A stretch of 42,800 bases of DNA from Elusimicrobiota bacterium (GCA_043816185.1 JBDRIG010000112.1:1-42800); one strand, 5' to 3'. Counted from the stretch's first letter, positions 9,007-18,573 are shown. Program-made: numbers and translations. Notes: a model not told the origin generated them from the sequence alone.

Positions 9007-10231
9007 TTGGCATATTAAACTTTCCCCAGTCGTCGAGGGTTGATGGTGGAATGTATCCGTATTCTTTTACCAACAGATTGAATATTGATGTACCAGGCAA
9101 CGGTGCCAGATTAGACATCGTAATAGCAATATAAGGGTTATTTTTTGAAATATTTTCAATTACACTAGAAGTTGCTTCAATATCTTTTTCTGTCTCTGTA
9201 GGGAAACAGTTCATAAAATTCAACCTGTGTGGAATTTTATACTCTCTCATTTTATCTATTGTGCGAAATATCTGATCTATCGTAATATCTTTGGTTATTA
9301 TTTCATCTAACAATCTCTGTGATCCTGATTCCGCTCCAAAAAGAAGGCAGATACATCCAGATTTTTTCAGTAGTTCTAAAAATTCATTGCCATATTTTTT
9401 GACTGCCATGTCAAATGTATTGAAACGGCAGTAGGCCTTCCATCGGATTTGTAGGTTTTTTTTAATTATGATATTCAATATCTCATAGCCCCTTGTAGCA
9501 TCAATGAAAAATTCATCTTCATATATAAAATCATAGTTCAGAATATTATACTTTTTGTAATAGTATTCTATTTCCGCAACCACATTTTCAGCAGATTTCT
9601 GACGATATTTCCTTTTATGAAAGGCAACACTGTAGCAAAAACCGCAACGGTAAGGACATCCTCGAGATGTATGTATCGAAATCGTAGATGTTTTGGAAAT
9701 AAAGTATTCGCCGAATAAATGATAAGGCAAATCAGTGTCAATGTTATCTATATTAATCAGTTGTCTAGGAGGATTTGTTATTACTCTGCCTTCACTATTT
9801 TTATAAGCAATACCTTTTACCGAAGATAAATTCCTTTTTTCCAAAAGAGCAATCGCGAGTTCTTTAGAGGTTTCTTCCCCTTCACCTATTACGACAATAT
9901 CAACCAATTTGTTCTGAAGTGTCTGTTCCGTAAGCAGCGATGGATGTACACCACCCAGAATTATAGGAATTGTTTTTTTATATTCTTTAATTCTTTTTGC
10001 AATTTTTAAGCCATCTGTAATCATATTTCCTGTAAGCATACTTATACCGACGAAAAGATAATCCTCGCATCTGATTTTATTTATTGACTCAATTCCAAGA
10101 TGCAATAATGATACATCCAATCCGGTTTGAATCAACGCTCTGGCAACATAAAGCAGTCCCATCGGGAAACTAAATCCTCTTCCCTTGTTTCCTGAATACA
10201 CTAAAAGTACTTTTGGTTTTGATAAAGACAT
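8987..10231 (-). CDS. B12-binding-domain radical SAM protein, paralog 2 (N-terminal 414 aa; the C-terminal tail is frameshifted away)
   Basis: Carries ILGGVHPSLLT and SRGCPYRCGFC. It ends ...DDWGKFNMPIDKKKH* inside a poly(A) run. The paralogs are 490-508 aa, and this ORF plus the 118-aa tail would reach about that size. Confidence 0.85.
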   Translation of the reverse strand: MSLSKPKVLLVYSGNKGRGFSFPMGLLYVARALIQTGLDVSLLHLGIESINKIRCEDYLFVGISMLTGNMITDGLKIAKRIKEYKKTIPIILGGVHPSLLTEQTLQNKLVDIVVIGEGEETSKELAIALLEKRNLSSVKGIAYKNSEGRVITNPPRQLINIDNIDTDLPYHLFGEYFISKTSTISIHTSRGCPYRCGFCYSVAFHKRKYRQKSAENVVAEIEYYYKKYNILNYDFIYEDEFFIDATRGYEILNIIIKKNLQIRWKAYCRFNTFDMAVKKYGNEFLELLKKSGCICLLFGAESGSQRLLDEIITKDITIDQIFRTIDKMREYKIPHRLNFMNCFPTETEKDIEATSSVIENISKNNPYIAITMSNLAPLPGTSIFNLLVKEYGYIPPSTLDDWGKFNMPIDKKKH

Positions 10232-10265
10232 AGGATTAATTTGTTGTACAGGAATTTGAAAACAT

Positions 10266-10324
10266 GCACCTCAAAGGGTGCGGCTACCAGCATGATTTAT
10301 TGGTAGCCGCAGGTTTTAACCTGC
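10266..10324 (-). other. Cluster of three abutting GC-rich stem-loops straight after a stop codon (possible terminator, attenuator or RNA processing site)
   Basis: The arms are gcacc/ggtgc (10266-10270 with 10277-10281), gcggctacca/tggtagccgc (10280-10289 with 10301-10310, a perfect 10 bp) and gcaggt/acctgc (10309-10314 with 10319-10324). Neighbouring stems share 2 nt. Confidence 0.5.
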
Positions 10325-10325
10325 G

Positions 10326-11792
10326 TTAACTTACTTGCCGTTTTCCGGCGATAAAATCTTTCAAATCTCTTATTACTGGACTGTAATTTATTAGTTTATG
10401 CAAAAACTCAATTTGATAAATTTTTGATAAAATTATTGCAAAAACTCTTGGTACGCCTATAACCAAAAATTTTTTTTGATAGTATTTTTGTTGAAGTTGC
10501 CAAGATATTTTGTTGCCTATTAGGAAAAGTCTTTTTCGCTCTTTAACTGATAACTCCGGAGTTTCAAAAATAGGAATGTTTAATCGTGAGTTTGCGTCGT
10601 TTAAATAGTTAGAAGGATGAAAAACAAAATAATTATTTTTTATTACCCAGTCGTAAAGTTCGGTTTTGGGATATGGTGTTATATGGTAAAATTTTACATC
10701 TTCAACTGGATATTTTTTTGCGAGTTCAAATGAGCGTTCAATATCTTCAACTGTTTCGTTTGGCGAACCGATGAGAAAGAAAAGCATCACGGAAAATCCG
10801 AGTTCAGTGGTGTCCTTTATGGCGGTGTCAATGTCTTTTAGTGTCTCGCCTTTCTTTATGATTTGCAGAATTTTATCGGTTCCTGCCTCAACGCCGAAAG
10901 CAATAGTTTTAAAACCGACTTCTTTCATCTTTTCCAACAATTCTCTATTAACCTTATCAGCACGGATGCCGTTTCCACATCCAAGTACAAGTTCAGTCAT
11001 TACGGATTCTTTTAATAAATCGCAGATTTTATTTACCCGATCTGCTAAAAGAGTAAAATTATCATCCGCAAACCAGAAAGTTCTGTAGCCCTTGTCATAC
11101 CAGTATTTAATCTCTCTGATTATGTTTTCCGGACTTCTATATCTGAATTTTTTCCCGATAGCGGACTGCACCGGACAATAAATACAACTGAATGGACAAC
11201 CTCTTGAAGATACTATAGATATGTCTTTTATCGGGGTTGGTGCATTTTTATACGGGTATTTAAGTAGTTCAAATTTATCGTAAGTCGGGAAGGGGATTGA
11301 ATCTAAATCTGAAATAAACGCCCGTTCACCGTTAAAGATTATTTCTCCGTCGGTTCTAAAAATTAGACCTTTTATTTTGTCAAGTTCAATCCCGCTGCAT
11401 ATCTCTACAATCGTCTGTTCTCCTTCTAATACAATTCCGTAGTCAATGCCGTTACAAGATTTTAGTGTTTCCTCTCTGAAAAGCGAAACATGTGGTCCGC
11501 CAACAACTATTTTTATATCTTTAAACTTTTTTTTTAGTCCGTTGATTTTTTCATAACTTTCAAGATAACGGTATGTCATTAGTGAAATTCCGATTAAATC
11601 CGGTCTGAAATTTTCAATCTTTTTGTAAAGGTCGTTTTCTTTATATCCAAGACTCATATCCAAAATATCATATTCAATGTTGTTATATTTTAGAAATTCC
11701 GCAATATAACCCAAACCCGCAAGTATTTTCGGAACTTTGAATATACTTTTATCATATGAAAAGTTCAAAAGCAGTACCTTATTGTAACGCAT
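10326..11792 (-). CDS. B12-binding-domain radical SAM protein, paralog 3
   Basis: Carries VVGGPHVSLF and SRGCPFSCIYC. The track start at 11807 is a TTG. The ATG at 11792 (MRYNKVLLL) overlaps the upstream gene by 14 nt. Confidence 0.9.
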   Translation of the reverse strand: MRYNKVLLLNFSYDKSIFKVPKILAGLGYIAEFLKYNNIEYDILDMSLGYKENDLYKKIENFRPDLIGISLMTYRYLESYEKINGLKKKFKDIKIVVGGPHVSLFREETLKSCNGIDYGIVLEGEQTIVEICSGIELDKIKGLIFRTDGEIIFNGERAFISDLDSIPFPTYDKFELLKYPYKNAPTPIKDISIVSSRGCPFSCIYCPVQSAIGKKFRYRSPENIIREIKYWYDKGYRTFWFADDNFTLLADRVNKICDLLKESVMTELVLGCGNGIRADKVNRELLEKMKEVGFKTIAFGVEAGTDKILQIIKKGETLKDIDTAIKDTTELGFSVMLFFLIGSPNETVEDIERSFELAKKYPVEDVKFYHITPYPKTELYDWVIKNNYFVFHPSNYLNDANSRLNIPIFETPELSVKERKRLFLIGNKISWQLQQKYYQKKFLVIGVPRVFAIILSKIYQIEFLHKLINYSPVIRDLKDFIAGKRQVS

Positions 11793-12909
11793 TGTTTTGT
11801 TGACCAAGTAAATTTATTCCAGGTATTAATCTAGTAAATAATCCATTCCAATGTTTTGCTATTTCTTCAACTTTGTATTTTTTAGCCGATTCACAAGCAT
11901 TTTTGGCAAGGAGATTCCGTTTGTTTTCATCCGACATTAGTTCGTCCATTTTTTTTGACAGCGATTCTATATTACCTGTTGGAACAAGCACGCCGTCCAC
12001 TTCGTTGCTTATAATCTCCGTGGGACCGCTTGGACAGTCAAAACTGACGACGGGAATCCCACACGCCATTGCTTCTATTATGACTATACCAAAACCTTCA
12101 AAACGGGAGGAAAGAACAAATATATCTGACGCAGCAAACTTTTCCGCCGGCTCTTTTACTAATCCCGGTAGTTTAATTCTTTCCTGAAGTTTCAGAGTTG
12201 CAACAATCTTTTCCAAATCGTTTCTTAGTGGTCCCTCGCCATAAATCTCTAAATCCCAATCGGAATGCTTTTCCTTGATCATATCAAATGCCCGAATCAA
12301 AACATCAAATCCTTTTTGATAAGTGAGACGTCCCATTCCTATTATTGTTTTTCTTTCTCCTCTATTTATTATTTTGTCGGTTTTTATAATATTTATCGGA
12401 TTTGGAATCACTATCGCATTACGCCTCATATATCTCGGAAACGATTCTAAAACTCCATTACTCACAGCAACCATTGAAGAAGCAAAAGGGTAAAGTATTA
12501 TTCTCAGTATTTCCCAAAATTTACCTGGAGAATAATATCTGGTATTGACATGTTCCGTGACAATGACTGGCACACCAAGAAATGCTGAAGATAAAATTGT
12601 CAGTACATTTGTCTGGTCAATAAACGAAATAATTACATCGGGTTTTATGGATTTTATTGCATTCCTGATAGTAATAATTTTCGCAATATTTTCTCTAAAT
12701 CTACCGATAATACCGTAATTTTTTCTAATTGCACCCAAATGGTGATGCTTTACGGCAGGATTGAGTTCATAAAACGACTTATTGTTTTCATTGTCAAAAG
12801 TGAATATGTCAACCTGCATGGTTTTTTCAACCCAATAATTTGACAACAAAGATACAATCCTTTCTGCCCCTCCTGCATTCATTGTTGATATTACAATTGC
12901 AATTTTCAT
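11779..12909 (-). CDS. Glycosyltransferase family 4 (GT-B)
   Basis: Carries MKIAIVISTMNAGGAERIV at the N-terminus and the EX7E region SSRFEGFGIVIIEAMACGIPVVSFDCPSGPTEII. Confidence 0.9.
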   Translation of the reverse strand: MKIAIVISTMNAGGAERIVSLLSNYWVEKTMQVDIFTFDNENNKSFYELNPAVKHHHLGAIRKNYGIIGRFRENIAKIITIRNAIKSIKPDVIISFIDQTNVLTILSSAFLGVPVIVTEHVNTRYYSPGKFWEILRIILYPFASSMVAVSNGVLESFPRYMRRNAIVIPNPINIIKTDKIINRGERKTIIGMGRLTYQKGFDVLIRAFDMIKEKHSDWDLEIYGEGPLRNDLEKIVATLKLQERIKLPGLVKEPAEKFAASDIFVLSSRFEGFGIVIIEAMACGIPVVSFDCPSGPTEIISNEVDGVLVPTGNIESLSKKMDELMSDENKRNLLAKNACESAKKYKVEEIAKHWNGLFTRLIPGINLLGQQNNALQ

Positions 12910-12912
12910 AAT

Positions 12913-14439
12913 TTATTTGAATTCTAAGCGTTTTACTTTTTTGAATAACATTATTAAAACCATGTCAATTGGAAAATACCAAAACTGTGTTCTCATTCTC
13001 AATTCAGATATTTTTTGCATTAGTATGAGTAACATCTTCTTTAAATATCTTACCTTTAATGAAAAAATATTTAAATTCACAAAATCCATGTAAAATGAAA
13101 TTTTTCCAACAAAATTTTTATCATTTATCCATATTAGCCTATCAATATTATCAAAACCTGTAAGAATATCCATTGAGTTTGTCCATTCTTCAACAGTTTT
13201 AGGTTGGTTGTAATGATAAATATTTATACATTCGTCATATAGTTCACCTCCGGGATATGGACGAAATATTTGAGGACCAACGATGGACACAATATCCGAA
13301 ATAGATCTTAAACGCCGAATCATTTTTAATGTGCATACTATGTCCAATTTGGTTTCACCGGGGATTCCCATCATAAGTGAAAACGTTGTCCCTATTCCGC
13401 AATTCGTGATAAGTTCCGCAGATTTATATATCTGTTCAACAGTTATGTCCTTTTTCAATTTATTTAAAATTTGTTGTGAGCCGGATTCAGCACCGATTGC
13501 TAAGCGATAACAACCAATGTCCTTTAATTGTATCAGCATATCGCTGTCAACTATTTTTTTATCAAATGCATCCGCCCTGATGCTTGCCATCCATTTAAAA
13601 ACAAGTTTTCTATGTTTAATCTCAGATATAAAATTTTCTATATTTGACCGTTTAATAAAGAAGTCCTCATCAACAAAATCAAAAAAATTTACTGAATAAT
13701 TAGTGATTAGGTGTTCTATCTCATCGCATATTCTTTGCACGGATTTGGTTCTGTATTTTCCAAAAAAGAGGTTTTTATTTGAATTTATGCAAAATGTGCA
13801 TCGATAGGGACATCCGAAACTAGTAAGCATGACCCCGAAATTTACTTCTATTGTTTCCTTACCGCGATAAACAAATCTTCTTTTATATCTGGGGTAGTTG
13901 AAAATATCATAATTAAAATATGGAAGTTCATTCAAATCATGACAAGGTCTCGGTTCAGTTTGGACAAATTTATTATTTTCAAGAAAACACAATCCTTTTA
14001 CTTTAGAAACATCAGATTTATTTTTCAAGGTATGCAACAATTCGTGAGTTGTATGTTCGCCTTCACCGATGCAAACATAATCAACAAACCCCGATTTTAA
14101 AACATCTTCAGGAAAAAGAGAGGAGTGTATCCCACCCCAAATGATAGAGATAAATGGATATCTGGATTTTATATGCTTTGATAGTTGAGACGCATGTGAT
14201 ATCTGCGAAGTCATTACCGAAAAACCAACAAGAATTATTTGATTTGGATTGCTTTTTATGGTATCATCAAACGCTTTGACAGGGTCATCTTCCAAAACCA
14301 TATCAAGTATAGTTGTTTCCCAGCCCTTTGAACAAAGAAAACTTCCAATAGATAATAATCCAGCATATGGATAGGGACTGGATTGCTGTTCTTTTGAATA
14401 ATAAACAGATCTTGGGTTAATTAGTATACAGTCATACAT
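12913..14439 (-). CDS. B12-binding-domain radical SAM protein, paralog 4
   Basis: Carries IWGGIHSSLFP and SFGCPYRCTFC. At 508 aa it retains an intact C-terminal tail. Confidence 0.9.
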   Translation of the reverse strand: MYDCILINPRSVYYSKEQQSSPYPYAGLLSIGSFLCSKGWETTILDMVLEDDPVKAFDDTIKSNPNQIILVGFSVMTSQISHASQLSKHIKSRYPFISIIWGGIHSSLFPEDVLKSGFVDYVCIGEGEHTTHELLHTLKNKSDVSKVKGLCFLENNKFVQTEPRPCHDLNELPYFNYDIFNYPRYKRRFVYRGKETIEVNFGVMLTSFGCPYRCTFCINSNKNLFFGKYRTKSVQRICDEIEHLITNYSVNFFDFVDEDFFIKRSNIENFISEIKHRKLVFKWMASIRADAFDKKIVDSDMLIQLKDIGCYRLAIGAESGSQQILNKLKKDITVEQIYKSAELITNCGIGTTFSLMMGIPGETKLDIVCTLKMIRRLRSISDIVSIVGPQIFRPYPGGELYDECINIYHYNQPKTVEEWTNSMDILTGFDNIDRLIWINDKNFVGKISFYMDFVNLNIFSLKVRYLKKMLLILMQKISELRMRTQFWYFPIDMVLIMLFKKVKRLEFK

Positions 14440-14443
14440 AAAC

Positions 14444-15679
14444 TTATTTTTTTTTGAAAATACGTTTTATAATTTTTTTTAATCGTGGGGATCTGTCTAT
14501 TGTTTCTCTTTTTAGATAATACCATATCTGATAAAAATCAAAAAGACGAATTCTAAACATTATTTTTAATTCTTCAAACGCATATAAGATTTTACCAGAT
14601 AACAAAAATTTCAACATTAAAGGGAATCTGTACGTGGCATAATTCCTTAAGAAAATTTCGTCAAGAATTATTTCTGTGTGGGTGTATTTCTTTTCTTCAT
14701 TCATCTTCCTCAATTTTTGTATAAGAGCTGGTAACGCAGTTGAGACATCATAATCTCGCAATGCTCGTTTATATCCATTTTCAGCAATATGTTTTCTCTC
14801 GTCTTCATTTTTTAGATAATATCTGATTTCTTGAAGCAATTCTTCTTTTGTATTGAAGACCACAATTTCTTTATCCTGTTCAAAAATTTCTTTGCTTTCA
14901 GTTGCAACAGCATATTCTGTTAAAACAAACCCACCACATAAAGCAATTGCTTCAATATTAGCTTTGAATTGTTTTAATCTCTTTGATATAATCCAATCTC
15001 TTTTAAGCATGCTTGGTGGAGCAACACCAGTGAATGTCAGATTAATTTTGCTTCTGTTATAAATCTCAGTTATTTTTTCCACACTTATTCTACTATTGAG
15101 CGTTCCTAGCCCATATTGTTGGACATTTATTCCATTTTTCACAAGATAATCCAAAGAATCTTTTCTTCCATATTTTACCAATGAACCAACAAACGAAACA
15201 TCAATATCTTGAGAAATATTATTCAGTTTATGATACACTGCTGTATCAAAAGCACAAAAAGTGATTGCATTTATTCTCCAGTGTTTGAATGTAAATCTAC
15301 CAACTACATCTGGAACTATAATAAGGTCGGCCACCTGAGCGTAATATATGTCTTTGATATCAAACCAATGATCCCAGTCAAAAAGCATCATGGCCAAAAA
15401 CACTTTTTGGCGAAGCAGCTCAAAAAATTCTACTCTGAATTCAAAACCCCATGAATCTGCCCACACAAAGATAAGAATTTTTATTTTATTTTTATCGATG
15501 AAATCCAAAATGTATTGCTCAATACCACTATTGCCAAGTTCTGAATACAATTTTGGATAATCTAAAAAGTACTGACCATTTTTTATAAACTCTCTTGTAT
15601 AAGCGTTGACAAGATCCGTGCCCATTGGTGCTGAAACATCCGTATTCGCAGATAAAAACAAAGTGTCTTTTGCATTCAT
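14444..15679 (-). CDS. CgeB-family / DUF3880-type glycosyltransferase-like protein
   Basis: 411-aa ORF. Its C-terminal half, GGFVLTEYAVATESKEIFEQDKEIVVFNTKEELLQEIRYYLKNEDERKHIAENGYKRAL, is the typical Glyco_trans_1_2/CgeB signature. Confidence 0.7.
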   Translation of the reverse strand: MNAKDTLFLSANTDVSAPMGTDLVNAYTREFIKNGQYFLDYPKLYSELGNSGIEQYILDFIDKNKIKILIFVWADSWGFEFRVEFFELLRQKVFLAMMLFDWDHWFDIKDIYYAQVADLIIVPDVVGRFTFKHWRINAITFCAFDTAVYHKLNNISQDIDVSFVGSLVKYGRKDSLDYLVKNGINVQQYGLGTLNSRISVEKITEIYNRSKINLTFTGVAPPSMLKRDWIISKRLKQFKANIEAIALCGGFVLTEYAVATESKEIFEQDKEIVVFNTKEELLQEIRYYLKNEDERKHIAENGYKRALRDYDVSTALPALIQKLRKMNEEKKYTHTEIILDEIFLRNYATYRFPLMLKFLLSGKILYAFEELKIMFRIRLFDFYQIWYYLKRETIDRSPRLKKIIKRIFKKK

Positions 15680-15700
15680 AACGTATTTTTTCTAAACCTC

Positions 15701-17290
15701 CTACTGAACCGTCTGGAGAATCTTGTCTCTTACGAGATTGTATATTTTGTAAACCTCTTCAAGTTTGAATAGTAAGGACAAGCTAATATAGACAGCCAAA
15801 CCTGTCAAAACGGATAGCGATGTCGCCAATATCTTGTAAATAATAATTCCCTCATTCCATGAATTCAAAAATCTCATTGTTATGACTGCGGTGAACCCTG
15901 AAATCGTGGCAAAAACTGCTATCTTCAAAACATCTTTCAGAATTTCCAAACCGTGAATATTACCGATGGACTTTTTTAGAGCGACGAAAAACATAACAGC
16001 GATAATCAAAATATTGCAAGATGAAGATAAAGCAATGCCCGCAGCCGGAGGATTAAGTAATCTGATGAACAAGATATTTCCGACGACAGTTAGTACAATT
16101 GATATTGCAATAATCTTCAAAATCCGACTATATTCGTTCAGTATAAACAATAATTTCGAAAAAATAATAGCGGCATAATAGGAAAATAGTTGAAACGCAT
16201 AGAAAAAAAGTATTTTTGAAGTAACTTCGGTGGCTTCAGCAGTAAAATTTCCCCTCTGAAATAATATGGAAACTATTTGTTTGGAAAAAAACGCAATCAT
16301 TACGGCTATTGGTATGAAAACAAAAGCTGCCATGCGGATACTTAATGCAAGAGTATTCCTCAATTCCTCTATTTTGTTATTAGAAACTTGAATGGAAAAG
16401 TAAGTATACAAAACTACTGGAAGCGACGATATAAATACCGTCAGGGGCATTTGCACGATTTTTTCTGCATATGTCAGTGCCGTAATGCTACCAGCCGGCA
16501 GAAATGCCGCCATATTCCTGTTAATCAAGATTACTATACTCGGAGCCACTGAAATAATCATAAATGTCAGAATATTCTTGCCCAGTTTATTCCCTTTGAA
16601 ATATTTGGTTTCAAAACTGAAAGTATATCTGAATCCCATCTTTTTCAGAATGTACATCAAAACAAATGTCTGCAATATTATGCCTGCAGTATATCCCCAT
16701 ACTATTGCATAGATATTATGTCCTTTTTGGAACAGAACAACGGAGGCAATAATACCGATTGTTATCATAATCTGCGAAACCGCGGGATAAAAAAATATTT
16801 TATACGCATTCAGCACCGAAGTCAAAATGCCTGAAAACCCCATAAAAACAAGCATTAAACTGAGAATTTTTAAAATTCTTGCTGCTGGCCAAATTATGTT
16901 TTCAGAAAGACCGGAGAACAGAATTCTTATTATCTGTTCCGAAAAAACGAAAGTGATAAGTGAGATGCCAAGAAAAATAACTACGAAGTAATTCATCGCA
17001 GTGCTCGCAATTTTATTTGAGTTGTTAATCCCATCATCAAGTGACTTAATTAACATCGGAATAAAGACAATACTGAATGTAGATAATATTATTCCACCAG
17101 CCATTGTTGGCACAGTGAGTGCTGAATAATAGGAGTCCATAGAAACTCCAATGCCGAAACACTTAGCAACAATGACTTCCTTTAATAAACTTATCAGGTT
17201 AGTAAATATGCTTACAATAACCAAAGATATTGATGCTACTGCAATAGTTTTATTAACAGACAATGTTTTTCCCATCCGATTTCCTTTCAA
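15701..17290 (-). CDS. murJ: MurJ/MviN-family (MOP superfamily) lipid-linked glycan flippase
   Basis: 529-aa ORF with about 14 hydrophobic helices and the N-terminal signature LLKEVIVAKCFGIGVSMDSYYSA. Whether its substrate is lipid II or the locus glycan cannot be told from sequence. Confidence 0.8.
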   Translation of the reverse strand: MKGNRMGKTLSVNKTIAVASISLVIVSIFTNLISLLKEVIVAKCFGIGVSMDSYYSALTVPTMAGGIILSTFSIVFIPMLIKSLDDGINNSNKIASTAMNYFVVIFLGISLITFVFSEQIIRILFSGLSENIIWPAARILKILSLMLVFMGFSGILTSVLNAYKIFFYPAVSQIMITIGIIASVVLFQKGHNIYAIVWGYTAGIILQTFVLMYILKKMGFRYTFSFETKYFKGNKLGKNILTFMIISVAPSIVILINRNMAAFLPAGSITALTYAEKIVQMPLTVFISSLPVVLYTYFSIQVSNNKIEELRNTLALSIRMAAFVFIPIAVMIAFFSKQIVSILFQRGNFTAEATEVTSKILFFYAFQLFSYYAAIIFSKLLFILNEYSRILKIIAISIVLTVVGNILFIRLLNPPAAGIALSSSCNILIIAVMFFVALKKSIGNIHGLEILKDVLKIAVFATISGFTAVITMRFLNSWNEGIIIYKILATSLSVLTGLAVYISLSLLFKLEEVYKIYNLVRDKILQTVQ

Positions 17291-17599
17291 AATATTTTAT
17301 TCCATCAATTCGTCTAATAGTATATAATGAAGAATTCTTTATTTTCGAGATCTTTTTGCCAAAATTTTTCCAATTATCCCAAACAGCACTAATCACTTTG
17401 CCGGTAAGTCCGTTTGAAGCATCTGATGCCAGAAATACCGACAACTCTGCTGCTAATTCTGGAGAAGTTCCGCCTTCCTTTTTTATCAAGTGTTGAACAA
17501 TCTGCCACACAATACATCCCGGACATCTCAGTTATTTTTGCCAACCCAATGCCTAAATGCAATCCAGTAGTAATCACTATAATATCACTTTTTTTTCAT
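17253..17599 (-). pseudogene. Remnant of a short-chain dehydrogenase/reductase (SDR): N-terminal and C-terminal pieces in different frames, with the middle missing
   Basis: The ATG at 17599 overlaps the transketolase TGA as ATGA and is followed by A8 then a stop. With A7 it reads MKKSDIIVITTGLHLGIGLAKI, which contains the TGxxxGxG motif. About 20 codons later, in another frame, it reads CPGCIVWQ...GGTSPELAAELSVFLASDASNGLTGKVI, the SDR PG motif and C-terminal region. About 345 nt remain of what is normally a gene of roughly 750 nt. Confidence 0.65.
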
Positions 17600-18573
17600 A
17601 AAAGTATCTTTTTAATGTAATTAAAAATATTTGTAGAATCCAATTGATTTAATTTATGTAGATATTCTCGGTTGCCGGTCATCAAAACATGAAAGTCGCT
17701 AAATCCAAGTGAATAAACTTGTTGTTTTGAGTTGCTTCGTGCAATAATTGATAATATCAGTGTATCAAGTCCTGCTTTATTAATAAACCCTTCTTCAAGG
17801 GTTAAAATTTTTTCGTATTTTTTCAATGTGTCTAAAAATTTTTTTTCTTCGAAACCATTCAACATAAAAATATCTACTAAACCAATAAAAATATTTTCTT
17901 TTTGAAGCATTTGTACAACTTTCATAGCAGTGTGTGTCATATATCCGGTTGATACAATACACATTTTTTGTCCTTGAAATATCTCTTTATGCCCTTTTTG
18001 AAAGGAAATCTTTTCCATGTCAGAATAAATGTTAGATAACGGTTTACCATCTAAACGAAGATATTTTGGTTTATTTTCTATTAAAGCATAATTCACAAAC
18101 TTTTTGCAGAGAATACAATCGCTCGGCGAAAAAACAGTGATGTTTGGGAATGTTCTCATAATACTGATGTCTTCTAAAGAATGGTGCGAAGGCCCAGAAA
18201 TATCATAACCTAATCCTGCTCCAACACCTATGAGATTTATGTTAATTTTTCTGAATTGGTGCATAAGCGAAACATTATTTCTTATTTGTTCGCATGCTCT
18301 CATTACAAGAAATGGTGCAATCGCATATGCAAACACAGCGAATCCCTCAATTGCAAGTCCGCACGATATATTGATAAGGTTCTGTTCCGCTATGCCTACA
18401 TTTATAAATCTATCCTTGAAGTCATTCCTCAAACGGTCAAGAGATGTCGCTCCGAAATCCGCCGATAGAAAGAAAATATTTTTATCTTTTTTCATTCTGT
18501 GATATATATTTTCTATCAGTACATCTCGCATTGTTTGCATATTGTTATCCGATGTTTGCAATAATTTTGTCAA
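17596..18573 (-). CDS. Transketolase, C-terminal (pyrimidine-binding) subunit of a split transketolase
   Basis: Carries FINVGIAEQNLINISCGLAIEGF and GPSHHSLEDISIMRTFPNITVFSPSD. Confidence 0.9.
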   Translation of the reverse strand: MTKLLQTSDNNMQTMRDVLIENIYHRMKKDKNIFFLSADFGATSLDRLRNDFKDRFINVGIAEQNLINISCGLAIEGFAVFAYAIAPFLVMRACEQIRNNVSLMHQFRKININLIGVGAGLGYDISGPSHHSLEDISIMRTFPNITVFSPSDCILCKKFVNYALIENKPKYLRLDGKPLSNIYSDMEKISFQKGHKEIFQGQKMCIVSTGYMTHTAMKVVQMLQKENIFIGLVDIFMLNGFEEKKFLDTLKKYEKILTLEEGFINKAGLDTLILSIIARSNSKQQVYSLGFSDFHVLMTGNREYLHKLNQLDSTNIFNYIKKILL

